From: an uncultured archaeon
Lineage (GTDB): Archaea; Halobacteriota; Archaeoglobi; Archaeoglobales; Archaeoglobaceae
Direction of reading: 5' to 3'
Length of the DNA: 64,000 nt
Assembly: GCA_964652135.1 (NCBI GenBank)
Contig: CAZZAF010000003.1
Location: 4,371 to 68,370 of the forward strand
Shown piece by piece: positions 19,345 to 29,081 of the stretch. How positions within the stretch are numbered: position 1 is the stretch's first letter; each line of letters begins with the position of its first letter. The position numbers and the translations under genes were made by a program. Under the pieces are notes generated by a model, which saw only the letters and a list, made by a program, of their open reading frames with translations, had not been told where the DNA came from and made no database searches.

Positions 19345-21192
19345 ATGATCGATTACGATGCTCTTGGGCTGAAGGTTGGTATTGAAATTCACCAGCAGCT
19401 TGACACCAAACACAAGCTGTTCTGTTACTGTCCCACAATTCAGCGTGATGTCAGCGAATCCAACTTTGAGTTCTTTCGCTATTTGAGGTTAAAGAAGAGT
19501 GAGATTGGCGAAGAAGATCGAGCAGCCAAAGAGGAAGTTGCTAGGAGCAAGAAATTCATTTACAAGGCATACGACACCACATGCCTCGTTGAGGCTGACG
19601 AGGAACCACCAAGAGAGTTAAACCTTGAAGCGTTGAAGATCGCAATTCAGATCGCGAAGATGCTCAATATGGAATTTGTTGATGAAGTACATGTGATGCG
19701 TAAAATTGTCATTGATGGAAGCAACACAACCGGTTTTCAGAGAACTGCACTTGTTGCATTCGATGGCTACATAGATGCTGGAGATCGCGTAAGAATTGCA
19801 ACTCTCTGTCTTGAGGAGGAGGCGTGCAGAAAAATAGAGGACAGGGGCGACTCGGTCATATACTCTCTCGACAGACTTGGTATTCCCCTCGTTGAGATTG
19901 GCACATATCCGGACATAAAAACGCCGCAGCAGGCAAAGGAAGTTGCGGCAAAGCTTGGAATGATTCTCCGCTCTACTGGAAAGGTCAAGAGAGGATTGGG
20001 TACAATAAGGCAGGATGTGAACATCTCCATCAGGGATGGTGCTAGGGTTGAGATAAAGGGTGTTCAGACCCTCGACATTCTTGACAAGATAGTTGAGTAT
20101 GAGGTAATCAGACAGATTAACCTGCTCAAAATTAGGGATGAGCTGAAGGAAAGAAATGCGTCGGTTGTAAAGAAGGTTGTTGATGTTACGGATGTGTTCA
20201 AGAACACAAAGTCGAAGGTAATAAAGAGGGCCAAGTGTGTTAAAGCTATTCTGCTGAAAGGGTTCGCCGGGCTGGTTGGAAGGGAAATCCAGCCTGGCAG
20301 AAGACTTGGCACAGAATTTGCGGATATAGCAAAAATGTTTGGGCTGGGGGGCATATTCCACACAGACGAACTTCCAGCATACGGAATTTCAGAGCAGGAA
20401 GTTGAAATGCTGAGAAATGCTGTTGGAGCTGAAGAGAACGATGCGGTTGTTATGGCTGCTGGAGATGCCGTTAGGGTTGAGAGAGCATTGCAAAGAATAG
20501 CTGAAAGAGCGGAGTACTGCCTGATAGGAGTTCCCGAAGAGACGAGGAAAGCCAACGAAGATGGAACAACATCTTATATGCGTCCATTACCTGGAGCAGC
20601 AAGAATGTATCCTGAAACAGATGTTCCGGCTGTAAAAATCACTGAAGAAATGCTGGACGTGGAAATTCCTGAGTTGATAGAGGATAGAGCAAAGAGATAC
20701 TCCGAAAAGTATGGGCTTTCGTATGATCTTGCATATGTAATGGCTGACTCAGAATTCTGTACACTCTTCGAAGAGTATGCAGAAAAACTTTCGCCAACAA
20801 TCACGGCAAGAGTTCTACATATCATCCCATCGGAGCTCAAGAAAGAAGGTCTGGATACAGAAATTCTCAATGAAAAGCACTTCAGAATTGTGCTGGAGCT
20901 GATTGAGGAAGGCAAAATCGCAAAAGAGGGTGCAGAGGAAGCACTCAAAATACTGTGCCAGAACCCACAAGCAACTAAGGAGGAAATAGTAGAGCGGATG
21001 GGTAAGGCAGAAGACCTGGATGCATTCATAGCAAAGCTCGTTGAGGAGAAAAGAGATTTCATCATGGAGAGGGGCGAACATGCCTTCAAACCACTCATGG
21101 GTCTCGTGATGAAGGAATTCAGAGGAAAGGTTGACGGTAAAGTGATTGCAGAGAAATTGAAGAATGCAATTGGTGAAGTGCTTAAGCAGTGA
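19345..21192 (+). CDS. gatE: Glu-tRNA(Gln) amidotransferase subunit E
   Basis: MIDYDALGLKVGIEIHQQL start, GatB/E core, inserted AspRS-like domain and a C-terminal YqeY-like tail. ATG at 19345 is preferred over 19324. Confidence 0.93.
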   Translation: MIDYDALGLKVGIEIHQQLDTKHKLFCYCPTIQRDVSESNFEFFRYLRLKKSEIGEEDRAAKEEVARSKKFIYKAYDTTCLVEADEEPPRELNLEALKIAIQIAKMLNMEFVDEVHVMRKIVIDGSNTTGFQRTALVAFDGYIDAGDRVRIATLCLEEEACRKIEDRGDSVIYSLDRLGIPLVEIGTYPDIKTPQQAKEVAAKLGMILRSTGKVKRGLGTIRQDVNISIRDGARVEIKGVQTLDILDKIVEYEVIRQINLLKIRDELKERNASVVKKVVDVTDVFKNTKSKVIKRAKCVKAILLKGFAGLVGREIQPGRRLGTEFADIAKMFGLGGIFHTDELPAYGISEQEVEMLRNAVGAEENDAVVMAAGDAVRVERALQRIAERAEYCLIGVPEETRKANEDGTTSYMRPLPGAARMYPETDVPAVKITEEMLDVEIPELIEDRAKRYSEKYGLSYDLAYVMADSEFCTLFEEYAEKLSPTITARVLHIIPSELKKEGLDTEILNEKHFRIVLELIEEGKIAKEGAEEALKILCQNPQATKEEIVERMGKAEDLDAFIAKLVEEKRDFIMERGEHAFKPLMGLVMKEFRGKVDGKVIAEKLKNAIGEVLKQ

Positions 21193-21398
21193 GGAAAAGC
21201 GAAAATATCCATTTTTCAAATTTTTCTTCTGGTTTAGGTTTGCTGAAAAACCTAATAAACCTATTTGTCCTGAATTAAGCGGAGATTTTAAAAACATACC
21301 ACGTTTCTTTTGGTATACTGAATTTCACAGGCCTGAATGTTTATGGCAATTAAACTCAAATCTAAAATGCTTAAACTCAAAATAGAGGGTGTTTCCAG

Positions 21399-22337
21399 AT
21401 GAATGCGAGGGAAATCAGAGAGGACTTTCAGCAGATAAATCCGAGATTTGTGGAGAGATACAGGCAGATAGATGACTCAGACGAGTTTTACATCTATACA
21501 GCTAAACCGCTGAGAACGAGCATAAGGGTAAACACGCTCAAGGCAGAAGTTGATGACGTTGTGGAAAATCTGGCTCGACGTTACAAGCTTGAGCAAATCC
21601 CGTGGTGTAAAGAAGGATTCTTTATTGAAGGTGTTGAAAAGATTGGTTCGATCTTTGAGCATCAGCTTGGCTTAATATTTGCTCAGGAAGCTTCATCCAT
21701 GATTCCGCCCATTGCTCTTGATGTAAAGCCTGGAATGCTTGTTCTCGACATGGCTGCATCCCCTGGAGCAAAAACCACTCAGATTGCACAGTATATGCAG
21801 AATGAGGGGTGTATTATTGCAAATGATGTTAAAATAAGCAGAATGAACATTCTCATCTCCAATCTTCAGCGCTGCGGTGTTCTTATAGCAAAGGTTACAA
21901 TGAAAGATGGGAGATTCTTCAAGAGATTTGCAAATACATTTGATCGGGTTTTGCTTGATGCTCCTTGCAGCAATGTTGGAATGATCAGAAAGAACTTCAA
22001 GTATCTGAAGATATGGAAGCAGAGGGATGTTGAAGCCCTCTCAAGGCTACAGAAGCAGTTAATCATGGCTGCATACACAGCCTTAAAGCCAGGCGGCATT
22101 CTTGTTTATTCAACATGCACACTTGATCCTGCGGAAAATGAAGAAGTAATAGATCATCTGATCTCAAACACAGATGCAAAGCTCGAAAGGATAGATTTGC
22201 CATTGAAGAGCCATGAGCCAATTCTCGAGTTTGATGGAAAGCAGTTCGATGAGGAGGTTAGGAAATGTCTCCGCATTCACCCGCAGGATAACGACACGGA
22301 AGGGTTCTTCATCGCGAAGGTGATCAAGCATGATTGA
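21399..22337 (+). CDS. tRNA/rRNA cytosine-C5 methyltransferase (NOL1/NOP2/Sun family)
   Basis: DMAASPGAKT SAM motif, DAPCS (motif IV Cys) and YSTCTL (motif VI Cys). Confidence 0.85.
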   Translation: MNAREIREDFQQINPRFVERYRQIDDSDEFYIYTAKPLRTSIRVNTLKAEVDDVVENLARRYKLEQIPWCKEGFFIEGVEKIGSIFEHQLGLIFAQEASSMIPPIALDVKPGMLVLDMAASPGAKTTQIAQYMQNEGCIIANDVKISRMNILISNLQRCGVLIAKVTMKDGRFFKRFANTFDRVLLDAPCSNVGMIRKNFKYLKIWKQRDVEALSRLQKQLIMAAYTALKPGGILVYSTCTLDPAENEEVIDHLISNTDAKLERIDLPLKSHEPILEFDGKQFDEEVRKCLRIHPQDNDTEGFFIAKVIKHD

Positions 22338-22731
22338 AAAGGTTCGTGAATTGCTGAAAGAGCAGTTTGGATTTGAGCCAGACTTCGAGCTTAAGGAGAT
22401 GGGAAAGAGAAAAATCTATGCATATAAGGCGTGTGGCATTGATGTCGATGAATTTCATTCGGGAATTTACTTTGGCAAGCTGGAGAAAGACGGCCTCCGT
22501 TTATCCATCGAAGGTAGCTATCTCGTTGGCAGAAAAGCAAAGAAGGGAGTTGTTGAGATAAGCGAAGAGCAGGCGATTAGATGGATGAAGGGTGAGGACA
22601 TAGAGGGTGATGTAAAGGGCTATGTTATTCTAAAATGGAAAAATTTCTTTCTTGGATGTGGGAAAGGGAATGGCAAAATTATAAGAAATTATGTCCCGAA
22701 GGATAGGCGGATAGATGGTCATCACGTTTAA
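22330..22731 (+). CDS. small RNA-binding-like protein resembling the RsmF/Trm4 C-terminal (pre-PUA/PUA-like) module
   Basis: 133 aa. Overlaps the methyltransferase stop by 8 nt. Motifs GIYFGKLEKDGLRLSIEG and GYVILKWKNFFLGCGKG. Confidence 0.45.
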   Translation: MIEKVRELLKEQFGFEPDFELKEMGKRKIYAYKACGIDVDEFHSGIYFGKLEKDGLRLSIEGSYLVGRKAKKGVVEISEEQAIRWMKGEDIEGDVKGYVILKWKNFFLGCGKGNGKIIRNYVPKDRRIDGHHV

Positions 22732-22785
22732 TGTTTTGTAGATTCGAGGGCGAAGGCAATTTGAGATGAGCCGAGAACACAGGTT

Positions 22786-23397
22786 TTAGCCATCGCCATC
22801 TTTCTCCTTGATACGATCCATTATCTCTTTTCCGGAGGAAAATCCATTTCCAAGTTTTTTACCGAGACTCCAGTACTTTCTAACCTCTGCACAGTAAACG
22901 AGGGGGTTTACTTTTAATATGTTGATATTTGCTCTGTTTGATGGATCAACTTTATCTTCATCGAGATGAGTCTCTACTATTTCTGCCAGAATAAGTACCC
23001 AGTCACCAAGCACAATCTCCTGTTTCACCACACATTCCATGTTGTAGGGGCATTCTTTGATTATGGGAGCGCTAACTTTCGTTCCATCTACTGGTGTAAG
23101 ATTCAAATCCTTGAATTTGTCGTGTTTTCTGCCTGAAACCAAGCCACAGTAATCTACTTCTCTAAAAAGGTCGGCTGAAGGTATGTTGGTGGTAAATTCC
23201 TTGCTCTTCCTGATTAACTCAAGAGAATAGCGATCTTTTCTCAGTGAAATTCCTATCATGGGGGGTGTCTGGCCAACAATTCCGATCCATGAAACTGTTA
23301 TGATGTTTATCTTGTCTCCTGCTCTGCTTGCAATTAAAGCTGCGGGAATCGGGAAAAATGCTGTAGTAGGTCCCAGTTTCTTTTTCACTTCAAGCAC
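22786..23397 (-). CDS. flavin reductase-like FMN-binding protein (flavoredoxin-like)
   Basis: 203 aa with NIITVSWIG...PPMIGISL and split-barrel features. Confidence 0.75.
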   Translation of the reverse strand: MLEVKKKLGPTTAFFPIPAALIASRAGDKINIITVSWIGIVGQTPPMIGISLRKDRYSLELIRKSKEFTTNIPSADLFREVDYCGLVSGRKHDKFKDLNLTPVDGTKVSAPIIKECPYNMECVVKQEIVLGDWVLILAEIVETHLDEDKVDPSNRANINILKVNPLVYCAEVRKYWSLGKKLGNGFSSGKEIMDRIKEKDGDG

Positions 23398-23584
23398 TCC
23401 TTATGATTTAAGCTTCCTTTTGATCTTTTTGACTTTTTCCATACTTCTTAAAATTTCTTTATGTCATATAATCAACCAAATATTCTGTCCGTAGCAAGTG
23501 GGTATTACTTGACCCAGCTAACTTCTAGGGAATCCTAAATACAAAAATTATTAATATTGCCTTTGCAAAACAATTTCAGTAGTT

Positions 23585-24028
23585 ATGGTGTTAGTTGCAG
23601 AAGTGTTTGGTGTGTTTGCAGCTCCAAGCGTGTTTGGCTTATCTCCTGTGGTCGTGCTCAGAGCTGAAGATGGGCGTATTCTACCCATATACATAGGAAT
23701 TTCTGAAGCGATAGCCATCAATTCTGCCCTGAAACATCAAACCCCGCCAAGACCTATGACTCATGATTTGCTTGTTGAGATACTCACTAGGTTGAGTGCG
23801 AGGGTTGAAAAGGTTATTATCGACGATCTCATTGATAACACATTCTATGCGAGGTTAATACTTAGACAGAACGATCACGAACTCGAAATCGATGCCCGTC
23901 CGAGCGACAGTATTGCAATTGCTGTAAGAATTGCATGCCCAATTTATATAGATGAAAAAGTTCTTGATGAAGCTGGGCAGCATGAGGATTTACCCGAAGA
24001 CTATGTCGAGTTTGATCAGGTTCTGTAG
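23585..24028 (+). CDS. bifunctional nuclease (BFN/DUF151) domain protein
   Basis: PVVVLRAEDGRILPIYIG, RPMTHDLL and DARPSDSIAIAVR. Confidence 0.8.
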   Translation: MVLVAEVFGVFAAPSVFGLSPVVVLRAEDGRILPIYIGISEAIAINSALKHQTPPRPMTHDLLVEILTRLSARVEKVIIDDLIDNTFYARLILRQNDHELEIDARPSDSIAIAVRIACPIYIDEKVLDEAGQHEDLPEDYVEFDQVL

Positions 24029-24078
24029 TAGGTTAGGTTTTTAAATCAATTCTTCCATCCATTGGGGAGGTGGTTTGT

Positions 24079-25242
24079 GTGGATGTAGAGTCGTTAAAAG
24101 GGCTGATTAGGGAGGATTTTGAGGTCGTTGATGCAAACGAGACCATATCGAAGGTCGTTCCATTGCTTGATAAATTTGATCCGGATAAGGCGAATGCGAT
24201 TCTCGTTGAAGAAAATGGTGAGATCATTGGAGTAATAAGAGAGAAAGATCTCATGCGCGGATGTGTGATGGTCAATCCACATGAAACGAAGATCAAGAAC
24301 TTTGTTGTTAAGACGGGAGTTTTAAACCTTGATGATCTGACTCCTGAAAAGGTTGCAAGAAGGTTTGTTGAAGATTCAACTCCGTTTGTGCTTGTAAGAC
24401 TTAACGGTAAATATGGTGTCATTTACGTCAATGATTTCCTCGAACTGGCAAAGCCTGAATTTGAGAAAGTAAAGGTCAGAGAAATCATGAACCCTGAAGT
24501 AATAACGGTAAATGAACATGACACTGTTGCAAAAGCCCTTGCCACCATGAGAAATCATGGAATTGACAGGGTCGTTGTTGTCGATGACAACCACCGCGTT
24601 GTGGGAATTGTTACTGGCAAGGATATCATTGACAGGATTATAGCACCCAGAAAGAAGGCGACCCTTGGTGATGAGAGCGGTGAAAAGGAGAAAACTCTTT
24701 CAATTATGGTTGAAAGCATTATGAGTTATCCAGTCATAACAGCCGACAGAAACGATAGTGTTGCGAAAGTCATCGATCTAATGCTGGAAAACAAGATATC
24801 CAGTGTTGTAGTTGCAAGAGATGGAATTCCGGAGGGTATAGTTATCAAGAAAGACATTCTCGAGACGTTAATAAGGAAAGAAGCTCCGAAGAAGTATCAG
24901 GTGCAGCTTATATTGAAGGATGTGCTGCTCGACGACTTTGACAGGCAGAATATACTCGAAGATCTTGAAAAGTTCATGCAGAGATTTAGTAATTTCCTAG
25001 GCGAGTCGGTACTTTTCGTTTACATCAAAAAGCACAAGGAAGTTTTTAGAGGATTGCCACTGATCCATGTGAGGCTCAAGCTTACAAGCGAGAGAGGTAC
25101 GTTCTTTGTCACCGGTGAGAGCTGGGGTGTTGAATACGCATTGCACGCGACGCTGAAGAAGCTAGAAAGGATGGTTCTACAGGAGAAAGAGCTCCTGCTT
25201 GATCAGAGGATGGCAAAGAAATTCTACGAGGAGGTCTTCTAA
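24079..25242 (+). CDS. CBS-domain protein (two CBS pairs) with a C-terminal domain of unknown function
   Basis: Repeated CBS hallmarks (ILVEENGEIIGVIREKDL; VVVVDDNHRVVGIVTGKDI; VVVARDGIPEGIVIKKDI). GTG at 24079 lies 6 nt after GGAGGTG; the track start 24070 overlaps that SD. Confidence 0.8.
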   Translation: MDVESLKGLIREDFEVVDANETISKVVPLLDKFDPDKANAILVEENGEIIGVIREKDLMRGCVMVNPHETKIKNFVVKTGVLNLDDLTPEKVARRFVEDSTPFVLVRLNGKYGVIYVNDFLELAKPEFEKVKVREIMNPEVITVNEHDTVAKALATMRNHGIDRVVVVDDNHRVVGIVTGKDIIDRIIAPRKKATLGDESGEKEKTLSIMVESIMSYPVITADRNDSVAKVIDLMLENKISSVVVARDGIPEGIVIKKDILETLIRKEAPKKYQVQLILKDVLLDDFDRQNILEDLEKFMQRFSNFLGESVLFVYIKKHKEVFRGLPLIHVRLKLTSERGTFFVTGESWGVEYALHATLKKLERMVLQEKELLLDQRMAKKFYEEVF

Positions 25243-25357
25243 CTTACTTCTTTTTTGTTTTTGTTTGGGTATTCACGATTTACAAGCATGCTCCAGAAGC
25301 ACTAAAAACGACGATACGATTACTATTAAAGCATGAACTATTCTCGCTTTTCCCTGT

Positions 25358-25936
25358 TCATGCTACCATTTTCTGAACAATTTTCAGAACGTTGTCGTCG
25401 AGAGGGATCTTTATTGTATGGTTCCTTTTGAACGTGAGCCTGTTACCGTCCAGAACTACTTCGTTCCATTTGTGGAAAGCCATACCATATTTAACACCCT
25501 TTTCATAGACTTCTATTATTTTTCTTTCTTTGAAAAACACGACATAGTAAACAATCAACAGGATAATTGAGTAGGGCAGCTGCGTAACTGGCTTGCCGTC
25601 GTATACAGATATTGCAACCCCGGAAATAAACACAAGCACAAGTCCTGACACCACAAGATACATCGCGTATTTCAGATCTTTTTTGTAACATTCTATTGGT
25701 CTGCACCTGACTTCAGCAAGCTTCTTACCTTTGTCAATCTTGTCTGCTTTCTTTTTTCCTCTCCATATAACCACCATCAACAGCGTAAAACCTGATCCTG
25801 CAAGAATTGCTGCAAGTATTATGAGTTTGTCGAGGGATCCAATGGGAATTTTGCTAGCAGTAATAGCGAATGCTACAATGCTGCCAGCAACCATTCCAGC
25901 GATTATCAGCGCAGCAATCCAATCCCGGCTTTTCAT
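25358..25936 (-). CDS. membrane protein (4 TM) with a small C-terminal soluble domain
   Basis: GGTGGT lies 5 nt upstream of the ATG at 25936. No recognisable catalytic motif. Confidence 0.5.
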   Translation of the reverse strand: MKSRDWIAALIIAGMVAGSIVAFAITASKIPIGSLDKLIILAAILAGSGFTLLMVVIWRGKKKADKIDKGKKLAEVRCRPIECYKKDLKYAMYLVVSGLVLVFISGVAISVYDGKPVTQLPYSIILLIVYYVVFFKERKIIEVYEKGVKYGMAFHKWNEVVLDGNRLTFKRNHTIKIPLDDNVLKIVQKMVA

Positions 25937-26164
25937 TATAACCACCTTTCCATTAGTTGTTATCAGTCGTCTGTTGCTTTCATCACAGGAAGATGATAAA
26001 CTCTATAATCCCAAACAGAAATTCCAGAACTGGTTCCAAAGGGTTGTTGCCTACGCCATCATCTGAAATGCGTTTTTCTACCACATACTCTCATCCAATT
26101 CAGTATATTATAATTTTTCTGATCGTCTGTACTGAGTTAGTGCATGTACTGTAGTCATATATAT

Positions 26165-27613
26165 CTATAGCCGTTTATTTTCGCTGTATATTCCAAAGTT
26201 AAGATCTTTATCCTGCGTGTAGTTCTTTCCGAGCATTGCTGCGATTTCAGCCTTCTTTAGCTCTCTTCCAAGATAGGCCGCATGATCAAGGCGTGAAACA
26301 AGATCATTTGCCAGAACGGTATCTATGATACTCTTTGCATCGTTTCCAACAACAACGAGCTTTTCATGACTGCACACTATCTTATCACCCTCAACCCAGA
26401 TTCTAAAATCGCCCTTCGGATCACGATGGAATTCTTTGCTTGCTGTGGCCTCTACAGCGCCATTTGGGACTCCACAGCTTTCATACCTTATCTTTTCCTT
26501 AATAACAAGTAAATTCAATCCCAGATCTTTTGGTGGGCTGTTCCTAAGTTTGGCAGCTTTTGCCATGTAGCTTGCAACCCTCAACTCTCTAATACTTCCC
26601 CTTGTTTTGGCGCTTGCCTCTGTCGTGAAAAGCAGATTTGCTCCTATTTCCTCTGATATAAACGCGAGCAGCGCATTTATACCAATTGAATCTGCATCGC
26701 TCAACTCGGTCACATTACCAACACCGATAAGCAAAGGAGTTTCTGGATCCATTCTTCTAAACTGCATATAACGTTCAATAGAAGACGCTACCTGTAATGG
26801 TGGGTCGAGAACAGGATCTGCAATCACTTTATCGGTTTTTGTTTTTACCTTTTCAAGTAGCTTGATGAGTTTTGGGACATCCCTTTCAACAACAACCACT
26901 GCTGCATCTCCAATAACGTCCAGAGCATCCAAATTCGAGCTGGAGATGCTCATTATCATATCCGCCCCAGCTTTGACACCTGCAGCTATTGCATGTCGAT
27001 TGAAAGTGTCAATGCTGACGGGAACATTGCAGGAGTTTACAGCAATTTTTACAGCCCGTCTTACTTCATCAGCATCACATTCAAGTGGAATGCCAAGATC
27101 AATTATGTCTGCTCCGCTTTCGATATAGTATTCGATTTTCTCCACAAGTTTGTCTTTTTTCATTTGGGGTGCATCAATAATTTCAGCTACAATTTTCATT
27201 CTGCTGTTTCCACCGACTCTCACATTCCCTATCTTGAATGCATAGCTTTCATCTACTTCATCTACAAGCCTCATATTTTCTTCAGCCTTTACAAGATTAA
27301 GCAGTCTGCATGCAGGTATTTCATGTGAAAGGTCTATCTTGTCTATGTTTTCAAGAATAGCTTTTAGATCGTATGCGTGAATTGGACCCAGCCTGATCTT
27401 CACACCTTTTTCTTTCTCAAGACCCTTCCAATCTCCCCTAGCAAGTCCTGGGACGAGAACGAGATCGTATTTGCTGAGGTCTATTTTTCTAAGATGTGAA
27501 GGAGTTATAAATGCTGCAATATCAATATCAACAACATAAACATCTGCATTTTTAGCGTACTTCTTCACTTCTCTTTCAGCCAGTTTTCCTGTAACAGCCA
27601 GAATTCTCATCAA
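26165..27613 (-). CDS. dihydropteroate synthase-like pterin-binding protein (probable methanopterin/folate-branch enzyme)
   Basis: 482 aa. Central TIM-barrel pterin-binding-like region (GADIIDLG...SIDT...GADMI) with extra N- and C-terminal domains. Confidence 0.65.
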   Translation of the reverse strand: MMRILAVTGKLAEREVKKYAKNADVYVVDIDIAAFITPSHLRKIDLSKYDLVLVPGLARGDWKGLEKEKGVKIRLGPIHAYDLKAILENIDKIDLSHEIPACRLLNLVKAEENMRLVDEVDESYAFKIGNVRVGGNSRMKIVAEIIDAPQMKKDKLVEKIEYYIESGADIIDLGIPLECDADEVRRAVKIAVNSCNVPVSIDTFNRHAIAAGVKAGADMIMSISSSNLDALDVIGDAAVVVVERDVPKLIKLLEKVKTKTDKVIADPVLDPPLQVASSIERYMQFRRMDPETPLLIGVGNVTELSDADSIGINALLAFISEEIGANLLFTTEASAKTRGSIRELRVASYMAKAAKLRNSPPKDLGLNLLVIKEKIRYESCGVPNGAVEATASKEFHRDPKGDFRIWVEGDKIVCSHEKLVVVGNDAKSIIDTVLANDLVSRLDHAAYLGRELKKAEIAAMLGKNYTQDKDLNFGIYSENKRL

Positions 27614-27699
27614 TCCTTTATTTTCATCAATTTTGAAAACAGTTTCGATCCGGATGTTATGGAAACTCTCTTATTAATTAATTCACACTCAAAAAAGCA

Positions 27700-28374
27700 A
27701 TGACGCTGAGAGCAGACCTTCATATACATTCAAGCTATAGTGATGGTATTGACAGCGTGAAAAAAATTCTCAGAGCTGCGTTGGAGAAAAAACTAGATGC
27801 TATTTCTATAACAGACCATGATACAGTAAATGGTTCGCTTGAGGCCATGGAAATTGTTGAGGAGGAGAAACTACCGCTAGTAGTCATTCCTGGCGTTGAG
27901 ATCTCTACAAGTGATGGGCATTTACTGGCCTACGGAGTTTATGAAGATTTAGAACCCGGGCGAAGTATGAGGGAGACTGCTCTTGAAGTGAAAAGGATAG
28001 GAGGTATTTCTGCAATAGCACATCCATTTCAATTTTACAGACATGGGATTATAAATATAACAAAAGCTATTGATGTAGTTGACGCCATTGAAGTGTTCAA
28101 CGCAAAATTTTATATAGGATTATGTAACGCTTTATCTGCGATAATTAGCAGACGGTATGACAAGCCTGTAATTGCCGGTAGTGATGCACATAGCAGCCAG
28201 ACAATTGGTTATGGAATTACCATATTGCATGGTGCGGGAAACAGCCAGTCTGCAATTCAAAGTATAAGGTTGGGAAAAACTGGAATTGAAGGCAGGAGAA
28301 TACCTCTTACATTACAATTGAGAACATCGTTAACTAGGACCCAGAGGTGGGTCGATTGGAGATCGAAAGAATAA
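27700..28374 (+). CDS. PHP-domain metal-dependent phosphoesterase (TrpH/YciV-like)
   Basis: LHIHSSYSDG, ISITDHDT, IAHPF and AGSDAHS. Confidence 0.85.
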   Translation: MTLRADLHIHSSYSDGIDSVKKILRAALEKKLDAISITDHDTVNGSLEAMEIVEEEKLPLVVIPGVEISTSDGHLLAYGVYEDLEPGRSMRETALEVKRIGGISAIAHPFQFYRHGIINITKAIDVVDAIEVFNAKFYIGLCNALSAIISRRYDKPVIAGSDAHSSQTIGYGITILHGAGNSQSAIQSIRLGKTGIEGRRIPLTLQLRTSLTRTQRWVDWRSKE

Positions 28375-29081
28375 GTACAGGAATACCAAAACTTGACGAG
28401 TTCTTATCAGGGGGTATCCCTAAGGGTTTAGATGCTGTCTTACATGGTGATCCCGGCAGTGGGAAAACAACTTTTGCCATTCAATTTATCAAAGAGGGTT
28501 TGAAAAGAGGAGAAAACTGTATTTTTGTAGAATTAGATATTCTTCCAAAGGATTTGAGAACGAAGATGAGGCTTCTTGGCTTGAACCCTCGGAAGTATGA
28601 AGAGAAGGGAAAACTGGTAATTATTGACGGTGTGAGTGGGAAAAGAGTTGGTGGTGCAAGCAGAGAGAGATTTACGATAAAAGATCCACGCGATCTGAAT
28701 TCCATCGCAAAGACCATAAGCGACGCAAGGCAGACTCTTGGGGAAGGAGGGAGGATTGTTATAGATTCATGGGCCTCAATTGCTCTCAACTATACGTCAG
28801 AATATAGAGGGCTGGTGAGGTTCACCGAAGCTTTCATCGTTGAATCCAGAAATTTAGGATATACAACGCTTTTAATCACTGATTTTTCGGTTGAGGAAAG
28901 ACTTCTTAAAATACTTCGTCATATCACTTCTGGCTTCATTGAACTGATGACTAAGTTTGAAAAGGATAGAAAAAGGAGGTATATTCTTATTCATAATTTG
29001 CAGTTTACACCTCATCGTGAATCGCTCATTCCATACACGATCGGCAAGGATGGCATTCAGATCGTGGAAAGCAAGTTATGA
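28347..29081 (+). CDS. KaiC/RadA-like single-domain RecA-superfamily ATPase
   Basis: ISTGIPKLDEFLSGGIPKG and Walker A GDPGSGKTTF. The GTG at 28347 or the TTG at 28356 (GAGGTG upstream) both overlap the PHP stop at 28372-28374. Confidence 0.85.
   Translation: MGRLEIERISTGIPKLDEFLSGGIPKGLDAVLHGDPGSGKTTFAIQFIKEGLKRGENCIFVELDILPKDLRTKMRLLGLNPRKYEEKGKLVIIDGVSGKRVGGASRERFTIKDPRDLNSIAKTISDARQTLGEGGRIVIDSWASIALNYTSEYRGLVRFTEAFIVESRNLGYTTLLITDFSVEERLLKILRHITSGFIELMTKFEKDRKRRYILIHNLQFTPHRESLIPYTIGKDGIQIVESKL

Noticed and set aside
19618-21297. Long opposite-strand ORFs inside gatE (247 aa, 163 aa, 212 aa and 160 aa in the track)
   Set aside because: They lie entirely within a well-supported gatE reading frame and have low-complexity Ser/Leu/Phe-rich translations with no motifs. 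This is typical shadow-ORF behaviour from codon bias.
21164-21385. 73-aa ORF in the gatE/NSUN intergenic region, plus a TTAAACTCAAA direct repeat (about 21349 and 21370) and a small hairpin ATACCA...TGGTAT
   Set aside because: The ORF overlaps the gatE 3' end and looks like AT-rich spacer translation. The short repeats are plausible promoter or terminator elements but too weak to call.
28347-29081. KaiC-like ATPase considered as ArlH/FlaH, the archaellum component, because a FlaI-like ATPase is 1.2 kb away
   Set aside because: It is on the opposite strand and separated by trm10. It is translationally coupled to a PHP gene instead, and its motifs are generic for the KaiC/RadA family. Nothing assigns it specifically to ArlH.
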